64,000 bases of DNA from a virus: positions 8,066-72,065 of the IMG/VR virus record IMGVR_UViG_3300023174_000152. The stretch is one strand, 5' to 3'. Below, in pieces: positions 45,601 through 52,006 of the stretch (position 1 is the first letter of the stretch; each line of letters opens with the position of its first letter). The notes beneath the pieces were generated by a model. That model ran no database searches. It was not told where the DNA came from and saw only the letters and a program-made list of their open reading frames with translations. The translations under genes and the position numbers were made by a program.

Positions 45601-48166
45601 TTATAAATCCTGTGCCAATGGGCTGTTCCACTGTGATAGTATCTTCAACATAGTTGAAACTGTCTATGTAGAGATTGTTCTCAAATACAATATCGCCTAC
45701 GTTGTTGATTGTAAGGTATTTCAGTGGTTGCCCAATGATCTTGTCTGTGACGCCTTCACCTAACGCATAGCTAAACAGTTTGGTACCAGTGAACGATGTT
45801 CCAGGGTACACCATACGATCGCCAAAACTAAATCCATTGCCGTCAAACACATCAAACAATGGTGCTTGATTGATTCCGGTCTTTTGCTGTGCTGGCACCC
45901 AGACCTCGCCGTCGAACCAAAAAGTCTTGCCTTGCAAAGTGACACCACTGGTGACCACTGTGGTTTGCCCGTAGAGCTGGTCGGGAGAATTTAGGTCAGC
46001 AGGCTGTAAGTCAATGATAGGTACACCTGATCCGGTGGGCAATATAAACTCAACCACATAGACTTTGTTGCGTACTTCGGGATCGATGTCAGCGGCAAAA
46101 ATAACTCTTGTGCCATTGGTAAATGAGTACCCATCTACGCTGTAACCAATGGTTCCGTTGATGTTGCTGAGCGCATCAGTTTCACGGAAGTCAATGATAT
46201 TGACTGGAGCGATGGCTTCGGTTCCATAATCAAACAGTTTGAGATTGGGTATAAACTCTAAGATTGGTCGTTTGGCTCGGTATAAGTTGTCTAAGAACGG
46301 TACTGTGCCGTTGTATTCGGCAGTGGCGTTGATGATGTCTACGTGGAACCAGCGATTGCTACGGCTCCAGGAATTGTGATCTTGGCTGGCTCTGTTGATG
46401 GTAAGATAGTCAGGATCCAAAGGTGCATTCAATGATTCGTCAAATGGTGTAGCATCATACGGAACAGAATCATAGGGAACCGTGGTTGATCTTGTGTAGA
46501 GCTCAGGAGTAATAAAATCTGTTACTGGCAGTAACTGGATCGATGATCCTACCCCTTCTACATAGTAGGTATTTCCTGAATAGCTGGCCGGCACAGTTGG
46601 ACCTTCGAACTGTACTTTGAGACCATTAGAGAATACCACACCATTGGGGCTGGTATAATATCTTGATCCAATGATATCAACTATCTGTGCTGTGTTTGGC
46701 TGTCCAGTGGCTTGCTGGTTCAGCAACCAAGTGTTGTCGCCCAGTGAACTTACGAGATATGTGCCATCAGTGACGCCGCCGCCACTGAGCACCATTCCTG
46801 GCAAAAGTGTGCCACCCAGAGCTGTGGTAAAAGTCAATACATCGTCATTGATAGCAGAGTTGACCAGAGTAACCACCGGAATGGTTTCGTCGTTGACAAC
46901 AATGGGTGCGCTGTTGGGATTGTCAACCAATCGTATCAAGCCAAACAAAGCAGGATTGTCTTGATCCTGATAGTACAGCACGTCAAGATTGGCTGTGATC
47001 AACGGTACTCGTTCAAACAAACCCGAAGCGTTCTTGTAAAAGCTGATGTTTGAATACTGAGTTCCATACTCTACCAACAATCTGCTGAGATTGTTCACTG
47101 GCCGATCGACAGTGAGTTTTATGTAAGGGTTGGTTGGATCATCATAGATGTAGTTGATGCGCCACACAGAATATTTTTGGCTGTCCAGTGTTATTTCTAT
47201 GGTTTCATCAAATGGAGTTGAATCATAGGGTTGGCCAGCACTGTCATAGAGTCCGGTGTAGAACCACCCAGCATTGTTTAAGAAAATCAGTGTGCGGCCA
47301 TCAAGGTCAGTGACTCCGTCAATGCCGCCATATTTGGCAAAAAATTCACTGACATATTGATTGTTGATTTGATCAAACTCGATGTCTGTGGCAAAGGCCA
47401 CTGAACCTGCGTCAGCCAGTGTGTAGTAAAAGTTTTGTGCTGATTTCTCGGGCACATTGAAAGTTATAGTACCGTTGTCGTCACCGTTATTGACCACGCC
47501 CAGTACTTCGCGACTGCTTTGATTTGGGGTCTGTGGCAACACTCCGGATATTCCTGGTACTGCTTGGATCCAAAAACGATGGCCTGTTTGCTGTACATTG
47601 AACTCGTAGCTACCTTGTCTGGCCAAGGTAATGGTTGGATTCTGTCCCGGAACACCGCTGAATGTGTAGTTTGTGCTGTTGCGTGTGACTGTGAAATCAT
47701 CTGTGAGTGGAATAGGATCAGCAAATACGTCCACAGAATCTGGGCCGCCTGGCAACCAATAATACTGACTGAAGTTGATAAACTTGTCAAGATCTATAAA
47801 TGGATCCCAGCTGTAGTATTCACTTTCCCACAGGCGATCTTGTCTTGTGACATTGCCTCCTTTGACTTTGATAGAATCTATCAGGCCAGGATATGTCACT
47901 GCTGATTCTACTTCGTTGGTATTGGGTTTTAAAAATACCACACCTGGTTCTAACTGATAATCAGTTCTTGTCTTGGTAGGTTCTAGTACGTAGTTGTCAT
48001 TGGGGTTGACACCGGGGCCAACTCGTCGTCCAATGAACCCCTGCGTAGGTTTGAGTTTGGGGTCTTGTACCAGTTGATCCAAGGTCGCGCCAAGGAACTG
48101 CCGATTGGTAGCAGTGCGGAAAATCTCTGGTAGAAAATCTACAGTACGAATTCTTGTGTTAGCCAT
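33602..48166 (-). CDS. Giant (4854 aa) baseplate/tail-associated structural protein
   Basis: Uninterrupted 14.6 kb ORF directly after the gp6-like gene. Contains FG-GAP-like repeats (FGxSxx...xxxGAP/GSP), GDGxTxxF beta-sandwich repeats and W-x-x-N-x-x-Y-x-x-G-x-x-V-x-Y/F carbohydrate-binding-module-like motifs. Confidence 0.8.
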   Translation of the reverse strand: MANTRIRTVDFLPEIFRTATNRQFLGATLDQLVQDPKLKPTQGFIGRRVGPGVNPNDNYVLEPTKTRTDYQLEPGVVFLKPNTNEVESAVTYPGLIDSIKVKGGNVTRQDRLWESEYYSWDPFIDLDKFINFSQYYWLPGGPDSVDVFADPIPLTDDFTVTRNSTNYTFSGVPGQNPTITLARQGSYEFNVQQTGHRFWIQAVPGISGVLPQTPNQSSREVLGVVNNGDDNGTITFNVPEKSAQNFYYTLADAGSVAFATDIEFDQINNQYVSEFFAKYGGIDGVTDLDGRTLIFLNNAGWFYTGLYDSAGQPYDSTPFDETIEITLDSQKYSVWRINYIYDDPTNPYIKLTVDRPVNNLSRLLVEYGTQYSNISFYKNASGLFERVPLITANLDVLYYQDQDNPALFGLIRLVDNPNSAPIVVNDETIPVVTLVNSAINDDVLTFTTALGGTLLPGMVLSGGGVTDGTYLVSSLGDNTWLLNQQATGQPNTAQIVDIIGSRYYTSPNGVVFSNGLKVQFEGPTVPASYSGNTYYVEGVGSSIQLLPVTDFITPELYTRSTTVPYDSVPYDATPFDESLNAPLDPDYLTINRASQDHNSWSRSNRWFHVDIINATAEYNGTVPFLDNLYRAKRPILEFIPNLKLFDYGTEAIAPVNIIDFRETDALSNINGTIGYSVDGYSFTNGTRVIFAADIDPEVRNKVYVVEFILPTGSGVPIIDLQPADLNSPDQLYGQTTVVTSGVTLQGKTFWFDGEVWVPAQQKTGINQAPLFDVFDGNGFSFGDRMVYPGTSFTGTKLFSYALGEGVTDKIIGQPLKYLTINNVGDIVFENNLYIDSFNYVEDTITVEQPIGTGFIRQYYSRLEFDKLIGWETAYTTTVSRQSFSFTYTGIPLVIDIPVKTNSTAVPVKVFVNAVFLTTDNYTYEVKDNNSTVITFINPPALDSTVEVSVISDVASPTGFYSVPLNLENNPNNDQVTEVTLGTVRNYYGSICQNLKTFSGTINGQNNTRDLGNLIPYGDSIIQNSAPVILSALFANNSQYDFFRALEFSSREYEKYKNLIMDAVVRNNFQNMTPAEILDDCMTIINYGKNELAAFYWTDTVPSGETFQETNYTVTPITGNTFDTLYTYNFTEANYRAILVYLNGRQLLGNGIEYTVAVDGPRVTIDVPLQLGDTVTLREYTSTVGNFVPSTPTKLGMYPAYVPEAFVDDTYVDPTPVIRGHDGSITVAYQDIRDEVLLEFEKRIYNNLKLVGNPVPLVYEDVSPGEFRKTDYTQEEITQIMSVSFLAWVGANKLNYREQEYNANNQFTWNYTACQSKLDGTELLGNWRGIYNYFYDTDAPNTRPWEMLGITEKPSWWEDEYGPAPYTSGNLVLWQDLEAGRVMDPAGSYIVEKYIRPGLTKVIPSDSEGMLLSPFDVVVGEYAPNSFRKSWTVGDDGPVEASWQKSSAWPFAVMRLLALTKPAQFFTYFALRDDYRLDPELQQFVFAGRSRSSGTGFYEIYGTGSAKHGYLNFIVDYNKLQGRDSSVELGEVLIWTDVRLCYRMAAFSDKQYIKLFTEKSSPNSLNTSLLLPDESYQILLYKNPTIDTLVWSSVVIQKTELGYAVYGYSTTRPYFEILSSIPNGNYRTITVADKTVRVLNDYSDTVVQIPYGYEFVGINSVADFLMSYGACLTRQGMTFNDQDRGRILNWSQMVQEFIYWSQQGWAPGSLININPAANILNVLKPGLVAEPLSTVAPEDILLNQNKEPLQSQEYVVERFENDLTLRGINNSTFSYLAAKFTEFEHLIVLDNTSVFNDLIYDPITGARQSRLLFVGYTTYDWNGSLDAQGFILNQDNIQQWSPNRSYTKGQIVKYKDSYWSAVKIIPPSEKFDFEFWLKSDYAQIQKGLLPNAATSSEQIRGFYNTNQANLERDADLFAFGLIGFRPRRYMQNLNLDDISQVNLYQEFIGVKGTTQATDIFTKANLGKEVAEYEIFENWAIQRAIYGANANRSYFELRLNEADLLGNPSTIQIIEPQQFSDADQTVLVSDIWKQSYPITNPNILPTTFLDATDVQLPSAGYVNWDDADIKLFNFTDLDNIINDIENIYVGTSVWVAKDNAYDWNIYRNNLVIYSLVQVRDNLNGTCTLQFAGQHGLYINEKIVIKYFGQGIDGAYTVLSVPSLTTVTVALTLGGAVTQVTGTGICFVLETMRVKQASDVSNLVYANSLLPGNRAWVDDDGTGHWTVYEKINPFTTTPGIVPAEPVISSRFGAAISQGFGGLAALMGAPGYSGEIGAVYTFTKGGTVDYVETGVLTMGAANFVNYGAAVASGGSQWGVVGAGNSWAKQGYAATVNRNLNSGDFIQSQLLTEVPYRLYQATGNGVTFTYTPSGVTLADPNKVSVVISDVVKTRGTDWNVIGSTVVFTTPPAPGSLINIFNYDEYGYSVTISNDERWMYVGAPAGNRVYAYNRVDIQSQVKNFVGDGETTDFYIADVIIVDEDSADGGIGEQQIGITVNDLPKIPGVDYNYANGTVIFNSPPNGDDEIRIIRLQSKTFFPTSPTTTFPLEDLYTVSDIDSFSVYVNSILQRPNMDYSFNPTTKIITFVLGGQVGTVLVNAGSYFRYVDYVDGNTLGAITGARFGQSITTTTDGRQIVIGAPNDTANGKLLAGQVYAIDRSVERFTVTDTTQTLYSTLRNFNGPASVKVNATYLIPDGSNNNGQFSEVDANTVNITVVLNVGDTIEIDTNTFALIQEVASNSPSEGASFGSVVQQCPTNCSLYIGQPNDSRVVPQGGSVERFTNQSRLYGIITGDSQNPTLTPGNTVRIQQVDVEVSTPTPWNSSIDWASGTFVISGSTIYQALRNVPVSTSINDTSYWKLSSWVELFANDINVAAEPNNIGLVEVPNVQAIVSNGYLTISIKNSDAAVPFTQLTVLPGLGTAYYDLGFNPQVYAQTVEAPNQLAYAHFGASLDISDDSRTLVVGSPQGTAAKPTTFDGGTTFFDSKATNFFDLLPESGVAYTYDLLSAANPSVSNPSKFVFGAQIYDDDVNSLDNFGTAVSYRNGILLVGSPQDDLGDSVGDYGRISQLNNPDRLAAWDIVYRQKPIVDVKLINSVYMYDRLESKVTQYFDFIDPLQGKILGVARQNIDYIGAVDPAAYNVGEVNNYGDTWNETHLGQIWWDLSTVRFIDYHQSTIAYESQRWSQVFPGSSVDVYQWIESPVPPAEYTGPGTVYSTTSFVVSSKLNTDGLFTSLYSFWVKGIPEVVSRAKKTLSVQAISQYIEHPRSSGLPYVAFLGPSTIAIYNGRPYISAQDTILNVEFDKIANDDNVHAEYDLIASNNPDSFLVAGLFRKMLDSFCGEDTLGNKVPDPTLSPADRYGVQFRPRQSFFVDRFLALQNYLKRANAIMAQFPITDSRPFNLLNSAEPEPTSASGAWNKRVLDYQELTFQDLSEVPVGYKYLVASDSTNDGLWTIYTVILSLDGIRKQLLLSRVQNYDTKLYWEYIDWVKPGYNAGVKPVAEVATFSDLSRLTVPEGASAKVTRNSFAKYEIYQYLNGTWTRVVLQDGTVRIKEEIWNYDLGRFGFDVETFDSQRFDQYPAIETRQIIKAINEEILVDEWAIFRNELLLLVFDFILTEQIAPDWLFKTSLIDVTHKIRDLLPYQIFRTDNQDFVLDYIKEVKPYHVKIKEFNLRYDGFDTYDGNVTDFDCPAYYDSELQEFEAPALDDSVPPKYSNSEPSTAPIWQEIPWQQWFDNYKLLLTSATIIDQGAGYTVPPVVTVTGDAVREAELVARINTAGQVVELIVIDSGSGYTTTPIITIEGGNGVGARAVAVLESQLVRTITTTLKYDRYNYTSQVLDWQPNTKYTEGQLVRFRDQVYSVNQVDDSIELDSGSIFNPAQYTLVDQATLDAADRVIGLYTPSPNEPGRELAQVMVGIDYPGVQVMGPNFNQNTGYDVGNFDVNPYDNIDYGPEGKPTYAESILDAIYQSSFTDTYLGTRPTDINVDGGAFIDTYSSHAPEELVPGSTFDTLDFRVYTRPGADWEGDGHGFNIKQINLEYTATDDSIDFSEVMAHAVAVRAVNVTNRVSLVPEVDYTVDWPARTLTIVNGAATNYGDIVEVNVYGVGGGSQLFKESYPGDVVGNSLVIPVITAVTWTTFTIYAQGTYVEFNNNVYRVNRTINSGSSFDVAFYTIIDGDSILEELLILVNGEIITNYTYAPINGYETRILFDNTYDATDWVVVTALGPTTPQKSWSFPVTQYLVYDGSTTDYTLTNSLQGTNPIDAIVEREGSRLRPPESIEYLGDGSSAGPFYLPTRGGTPQGLISDNDVVVYVDEVLYNLSVDYTVSPWDGSSDRYVEFATAPATGSVIKIAVTTDADYIINNDQLILRVGAATGAVFAVTTWNDTSEQGILTQVFQGPTQSGVSVGQPYDDTTFDEGNVTGDPGSFDYGTGTVVSSNNFDTGRIIVDSGRLWVTLNGWRLVPGEDFTTSGSVVTIGGSIIGPADVVVITSFTQSVVPEAISFRIFQDMLGNQRIYRITPENSTVLTQPLSETDDVIYVLNANELSQPNPAANIFGQLTINGERITYRNRDVVNNTVSGLRRGTAGTAIDSHTVGSVVIDIGFGELLPPQYQEQTKSNVFLGDGTTQTYSTDIGYVNDIDVYLGGSVRCYIGNTLGSLVEIPQDDFSIISVDPITVQLDFIPPPGLVFQITYTPTVGSPSVFNVPTTGSTSQWAATFSATDLVLQSEDDYVITNLNPITVVFDTPVPVKRVVVINDLNSNTFFISQLDVATTTFVTDISVTRPVQVKVGGTLVDSTTYSVSSVNPIVITFNVAPAKGSEVEIYIEQARVMYEQGIDTASNGRPLQEQNTQAARFIEGRA

Positions 48167-48168
48167 TG

Positions 48169-51100
48169 TTATACAACACCACTGTTGGGCGCGGTTCTAA
48201 GTTCACTGCTGGTCAATGCATCGATCACGTCAATGTCTGTGACTGTGGCCGCATTGACAAATATTTCGTTGGCTTGACTGCGTATCTCGTACAGATCACC
48301 AAAACTCTTAAGCGGATCTTGTGGTACCAATACCACTGTGGAAATAATATCGCCTAGCTCTTTGTGTAGATATGCGGCCAACTCTGAGAAGTAAAAGGTC
48401 AATCCAAAATCCCATTTGTCAATGGTAAAGTATTCATTGAGAGCGGCAACCATGCGACTCTTGATTTCACTGACACTGACCACAGAGTTTGAACTGCGGA
48501 TTACCTTTAGTGTGGCACGTAGCTCAGGTGAGGATTTGATACCAAACAAAGGTTTGAATACCACGGAGTTAAGAATCACGTTGTCAGAAATCATCTTGTA
48601 CTTTTGCAGACTGTTGTAGGCCGCTGACAGCTCATCAATGGTGGGCGGTTGTGGCTCAGGCACTGTGTTGGTTGAATCTTTGATATAGTTTTGGTAAGCT
48701 GTGTAGTAGGCCTGGGTGACCAAGTATATGTCAATGATGTTGGATGAGCCAGGGTCGATGCGTCTGCTCAGTGGAGCATTATGTCTGTATTGGAACGACA
48801 GTCCTTGTCGACCGGTCCTGGCCAATAGATCCTTGACCTGTGTCAAAGTACGCACACCGTTGTAGGCGATGTCTAGTTCATAGAACACTAACTCGTTGGT
48901 GGCATAAAAGTATTGTCCGTCGGCGTATTCTGCTTTGACCAACTCGATCTGATCCAGGGTAGCATATTCGCTGACTACCTGTCCTGCCTCCAGGGGCAGA
49001 TATCTTTCAAGGTTGTCAAAGTCCACGGTTCTTTGGAAGAACACATATTTTTCTGTGGGGTTCACTGTGGGTGCCACAATGGTTTCAAAATAATCTGGAT
49101 CGTCGGCCACGCCGTCATTGTCAAAGTCTTTGAAACTGATCCGTACCTGGAAATCATCAATGTAGCCATCGCTTTCCACAGGCTGACCAATGATGTCCAT
49201 TACGATATCAGAGTTTTGTGGTAAGCTGACATCGGGTTTGTTGTTGGTCTTCAAGCAGTTGATAAAATCGTTGATCACTGTACCTGTGCGTGGATCGTAG
49301 ACTGCTTGTGATCCATCATAGAAGAACCGTGTCTGCAGAATACTGCCCCAAAAACGTTGCAGTGATCGATAGCTAACTGTATAAGTTACTCCGTCGGTTT
49401 CAAATGCCACTAACCAAGAGTTATCAAGTCCCTGTCCCGATTGGTCTTGCGCATAGTCAAGGCTAAATGTTGTTGCAGGGTTTAAGTTATTGGCAGTGAT
49501 CACGTACCAAGTGGCTGTGAGATTGTCAAAGCCTATGCCAAAGTTTCTATAAAGTTCTATCTGTTCAGTCATTGACTGCTCAACCGAAGTTGGCAAGTCT
49601 GTTACAAACTTGGGTATTACCTGCACAGGTATGGCATCTGTGGGTATAAAGTTGTTGAGTGTAACTGGCCCCACACCGTCAGCAAAGTTACCTGTGCCAA
49701 AGTTAGTGCCATCCAATACCAGTGCGCTCACTGTGGCCCAAAGTATTACCTTGTCATTGGGCTGTGAAGGAGTTCCTAACTTCAATCTGTTGTTTTGATC
49801 AAAGTAGTATCCAGCAGGTGGCACAAACTTGATCAATGACCCTTGGGTCATGTATTTTTTATTGTCACTGGTCTGCGGACCAATAGGAGCAGGAGCTCCA
49901 CTGGCTTTGAACTTGAAATAACCTGTGGTTTCGTTGGCTGCTGTGGTACTTTGTTGCCACTCTATGTTTATTGTTGTTAAGTTGGGTCTTGGAAAGTTTT
50001 GATAGTAAAACTCCAGCATGCCTCGACTGCCCAGTGCAGGTTCAACTTCATTGATGATGGCATTGGCAATGTCATTTTGATCAATAAAGGTAAAAGTAAA
50101 ACTTGGAGTGGCTGTGTTTTCCCAAATCAATCCGTCACTGGCAAAAATGTTTGTTGATGAGTATTTGCCTGTGATGTCTACTAAGTCAAGATACCGGCTG
50201 GTACCAATGGAACTGCGATTCACTGCCTTTGATTTGATGATAGTGCCAAACAGTGTGTAAGGCAAGTTGCTGTAGTCTTCGCCGTTGACCATGCGATTCT
50301 GTGTGTAGTAACGGGCAGGAGCTCGTTGCTTGATGGCTGCAATAGTTTCTCTTGAGGCAGCATTGGATACGGGTTGGCTCAGACCACAGGTAAATGTGAT
50401 ATTTTCGAGACGTCCTGTGCGGCTCACATAACCAATGGATATCTGTACGGCTTGCATTTCATCAGGCGTGATGATATACTGTAGACCATTGGATGCTCGC
50501 ACATAGCTACGGAACTGTCCCACTGGGATTTCTGTAAACACACCATCACCAAAGTTGAGATTGATTTGGTCATTGGCTCTTGATGTCACTGAAAAGAATT
50601 TTCTAGCATCTGGGGCCAGTTGCTCTACAGCCGCTGAATAGATTGAGTCAACTTTGTCCCACTCGTACTGTATATTACCAACGTCATCGAGTTGATACAA
50701 CCACACGTCATCGTTGTTGATACCTTCAATGTTGACTGCTACCACGCGATTAGAAATACGCTCGCCGAGATTGAAGTCTTGATTTTGTAATGTGCCTTGT
50801 TTGAAATAGAAAAAGAATCCGGTGTTAGGGCTACCAAATCCTAATCTGTCATTGCGGAAAAGGATGTTAAACACACCCGATGGACGTGGAGGTGGTTCAT
50901 ACACATAATCTTCGTTTTGGAAAGTAGAACTCACTGCCTCAAAACTCATCGATGTTCCGTCTACAGTGGCAGTGAATGGCACCACTGGCAAATAACCCGG
51001 CACAAGATTTAAACTGTATTCTTGTGTTTCAATACCTAGGATATTTTTTGTAGCGCCTGGCTTGCCAAATCGTTGGCTGTCTGCCAAGGCCGCGTTGATG

Positions 51101-51576
51101 ATCACTGTGAACTGTTCTTGCCAGTTGGGGTTTGTGACGTCATTCCAGTTGATGGTAACGCCACTGAGATTTTGACCGTTGTAGTCTACCACATTTTCAG
51201 TGGTGCTGACGTTGAAAACTTTGAGATATCCTTGAGCTTCTTGGTTACGCTTGGGAGTGTAGCTCACCAGATTGGCCAGTTGTACTACAGAATCTCTGCG
51301 TTCGGCTGTGTCTAAGAAGTTTTCACGGATGTTTAAATCGTTGCGGAAAGCCAGGGCCTGGCCCATGAACGCCATGACGTCCAACAGAGCCACGAACTCT
51401 GAAGATTCAATGTAGTCATTGAAGGTTTCGGGATAATAGATCCGAATATAGTCAACAAAACTCTTGCGTAGCGTTTCAAAATCATAACTTTGAAAGTCAG
51501 CTTCGCGGTAAGTCGTGTAGATCCGTTTCCAGTCTTCTACCCCAAATATTGCTGTTTGTCTAGTAGTCTTGGCCAT
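48169..51576 (-). CDS. gp6: Baseplate wedge subunit (T4 gp6-like)
   Basis: DFETLRKSFVDY, FLDTAERRDSVVQLANLVSYTPKR, FGDGVF..P, and ETIAAIKQRAP..Y.TQNRMVNGEDY; adjacent to a gp25-like gene. Confidence 0.8.
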   Translation of the reverse strand: MAKTTRQTAIFGVEDWKRIYTTYREADFQSYDFETLRKSFVDYIRIYYPETFNDYIESSEFVALLDVMAFMGQALAFRNDLNIRENFLDTAERRDSVVQLANLVSYTPKRNQEAQGYLKVFNVSTTENVVDYNGQNLSGVTINWNDVTNPNWQEQFTVIINAALADSQRFGKPGATKNILGIETQEYSLNLVPGYLPVVPFTATVDGTSMSFEAVSSTFQNEDYVYEPPPRPSGVFNILFRNDRLGFGSPNTGFFFYFKQGTLQNQDFNLGERISNRVVAVNIEGINNDDVWLYQLDDVGNIQYEWDKVDSIYSAAVEQLAPDARKFFSVTSRANDQINLNFGDGVFTEIPVGQFRSYVRASNGLQYIITPDEMQAVQISIGYVSRTGRLENITFTCGLSQPVSNAASRETIAAIKQRAPARYYTQNRMVNGEDYSNLPYTLFGTIIKSKAVNRSSIGTSRYLDLVDITGKYSSTNIFASDGLIWENTATPSFTFTFIDQNDIANAIINEVEPALGSRGMLEFYYQNFPRPNLTTINIEWQQSTTAANETTGYFKFKASGAPAPIGPQTSDNKKYMTQGSLIKFVPPAGYYFDQNNRLKLGTPSQPNDKVILWATVSALVLDGTNFGTGNFADGVGPVTLNNFIPTDAIPVQVIPKFVTDLPTSVEQSMTEQIELYRNFGIGFDNLTATWYVITANNLNPATTFSLDYAQDQSGQGLDNSWLVAFETDGVTYTVSYRSLQRFWGSILQTRFFYDGSQAVYDPRTGTVINDFINCLKTNNKPDVSLPQNSDIVMDIIGQPVESDGYIDDFQVRISFKDFDNDGVADDPDYFETIVAPTVNPTEKYVFFQRTVDFDNLERYLPLEAGQVVSEYATLDQIELVKAEYADGQYFYATNELVFYELDIAYNGVRTLTQVKDLLARTGRQGLSFQYRHNAPLSRRIDPGSSNIIDIYLVTQAYYTAYQNYIKDSTNTVPEPQPPTIDELSAAYNSLQKYKMISDNVILNSVVFKPLFGIKSSPELRATLKVIRSSNSVVSVSEIKSRMVAALNEYFTIDKWDFGLTFYFSELAAYLHKELGDIISTVVLVPQDPLKSFGDLYEIRSQANEIFVNAATVTDIDVIDALTSSELRTAPNSGVV

Positions 51577-51591
51577 AATACCTTCCGTGAA

Positions 51592-51621
51592 GTATTTATG
51601 GTTTGAATAAACGGCTTAGTT
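51592..51621 (-). promoter_or_regulatory. Candidate bipartite late promoter
   Basis: On the minus strand: AACTAAGCCGTTT-N10-TAAATAC; near-identical to 59501-59530. Confidence 0.65.
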
Positions 51622-51996
51622 TTAGATGTATGAAGCTTGTCGTGTCTGTTGATCAAAGAACACTGACAATAGTTCGGCTGTGGTGCCTTGCACGGTCTGT
51701 ATTTCTAGCTCAACCAAGATACCATTGACCTGTGGATACGCTTCGGCGCTGGAAAGATAAATCCTTGGATCTTGACCGACTATTCGTTGCATTTCTTGCA
51801 CAATAAGGGCCGCTGTTTGTTCGGTCTGTGGTTCAAATATCAAGTTCCACATGGTAGTGCCCACACCAGGGCGGCCCACGAGTTGACCTTGTGGTATATT
51901 AAAATAGTTTAATAAGTCTCGCTTGATCAGAGCAAAGTCCACAAGAGTAAACTTCTTGTACTGATCAACTGTGCTGAATCCGATAAAAGTGGCCAT
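51622..51996 (-). CDS. gp25: Baseplate wedge subunit / sheath initiator (gp25-like)
   Basis: GFST...LIKRDLLNYFNIPQGQLVGRPGVGTTMWNLIFEP...DPRI pattern of the GPW/gp25 family. Confidence 0.8.
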   Translation of the reverse strand: MATFIGFSTVDQYKKFTLVDFALIKRDLLNYFNIPQGQLVGRPGVGTTMWNLIFEPQTEQTAALIVQEMQRIVGQDPRIYLSSAEAYPQVNGILVELEIQTVQGTTAELLSVFFDQQTRQASYI

Positions 51997-52006
51997 GGTC
52001 TAGTAT

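Noticed and set aside
33602-48166. Intein or frameshift-fused artefact in the giant ORF
   Set aside because: No C/S...HN splice motifs or LAGLIDADG blocks were noticed, and composition is uniformly structural-protein-like along its length.
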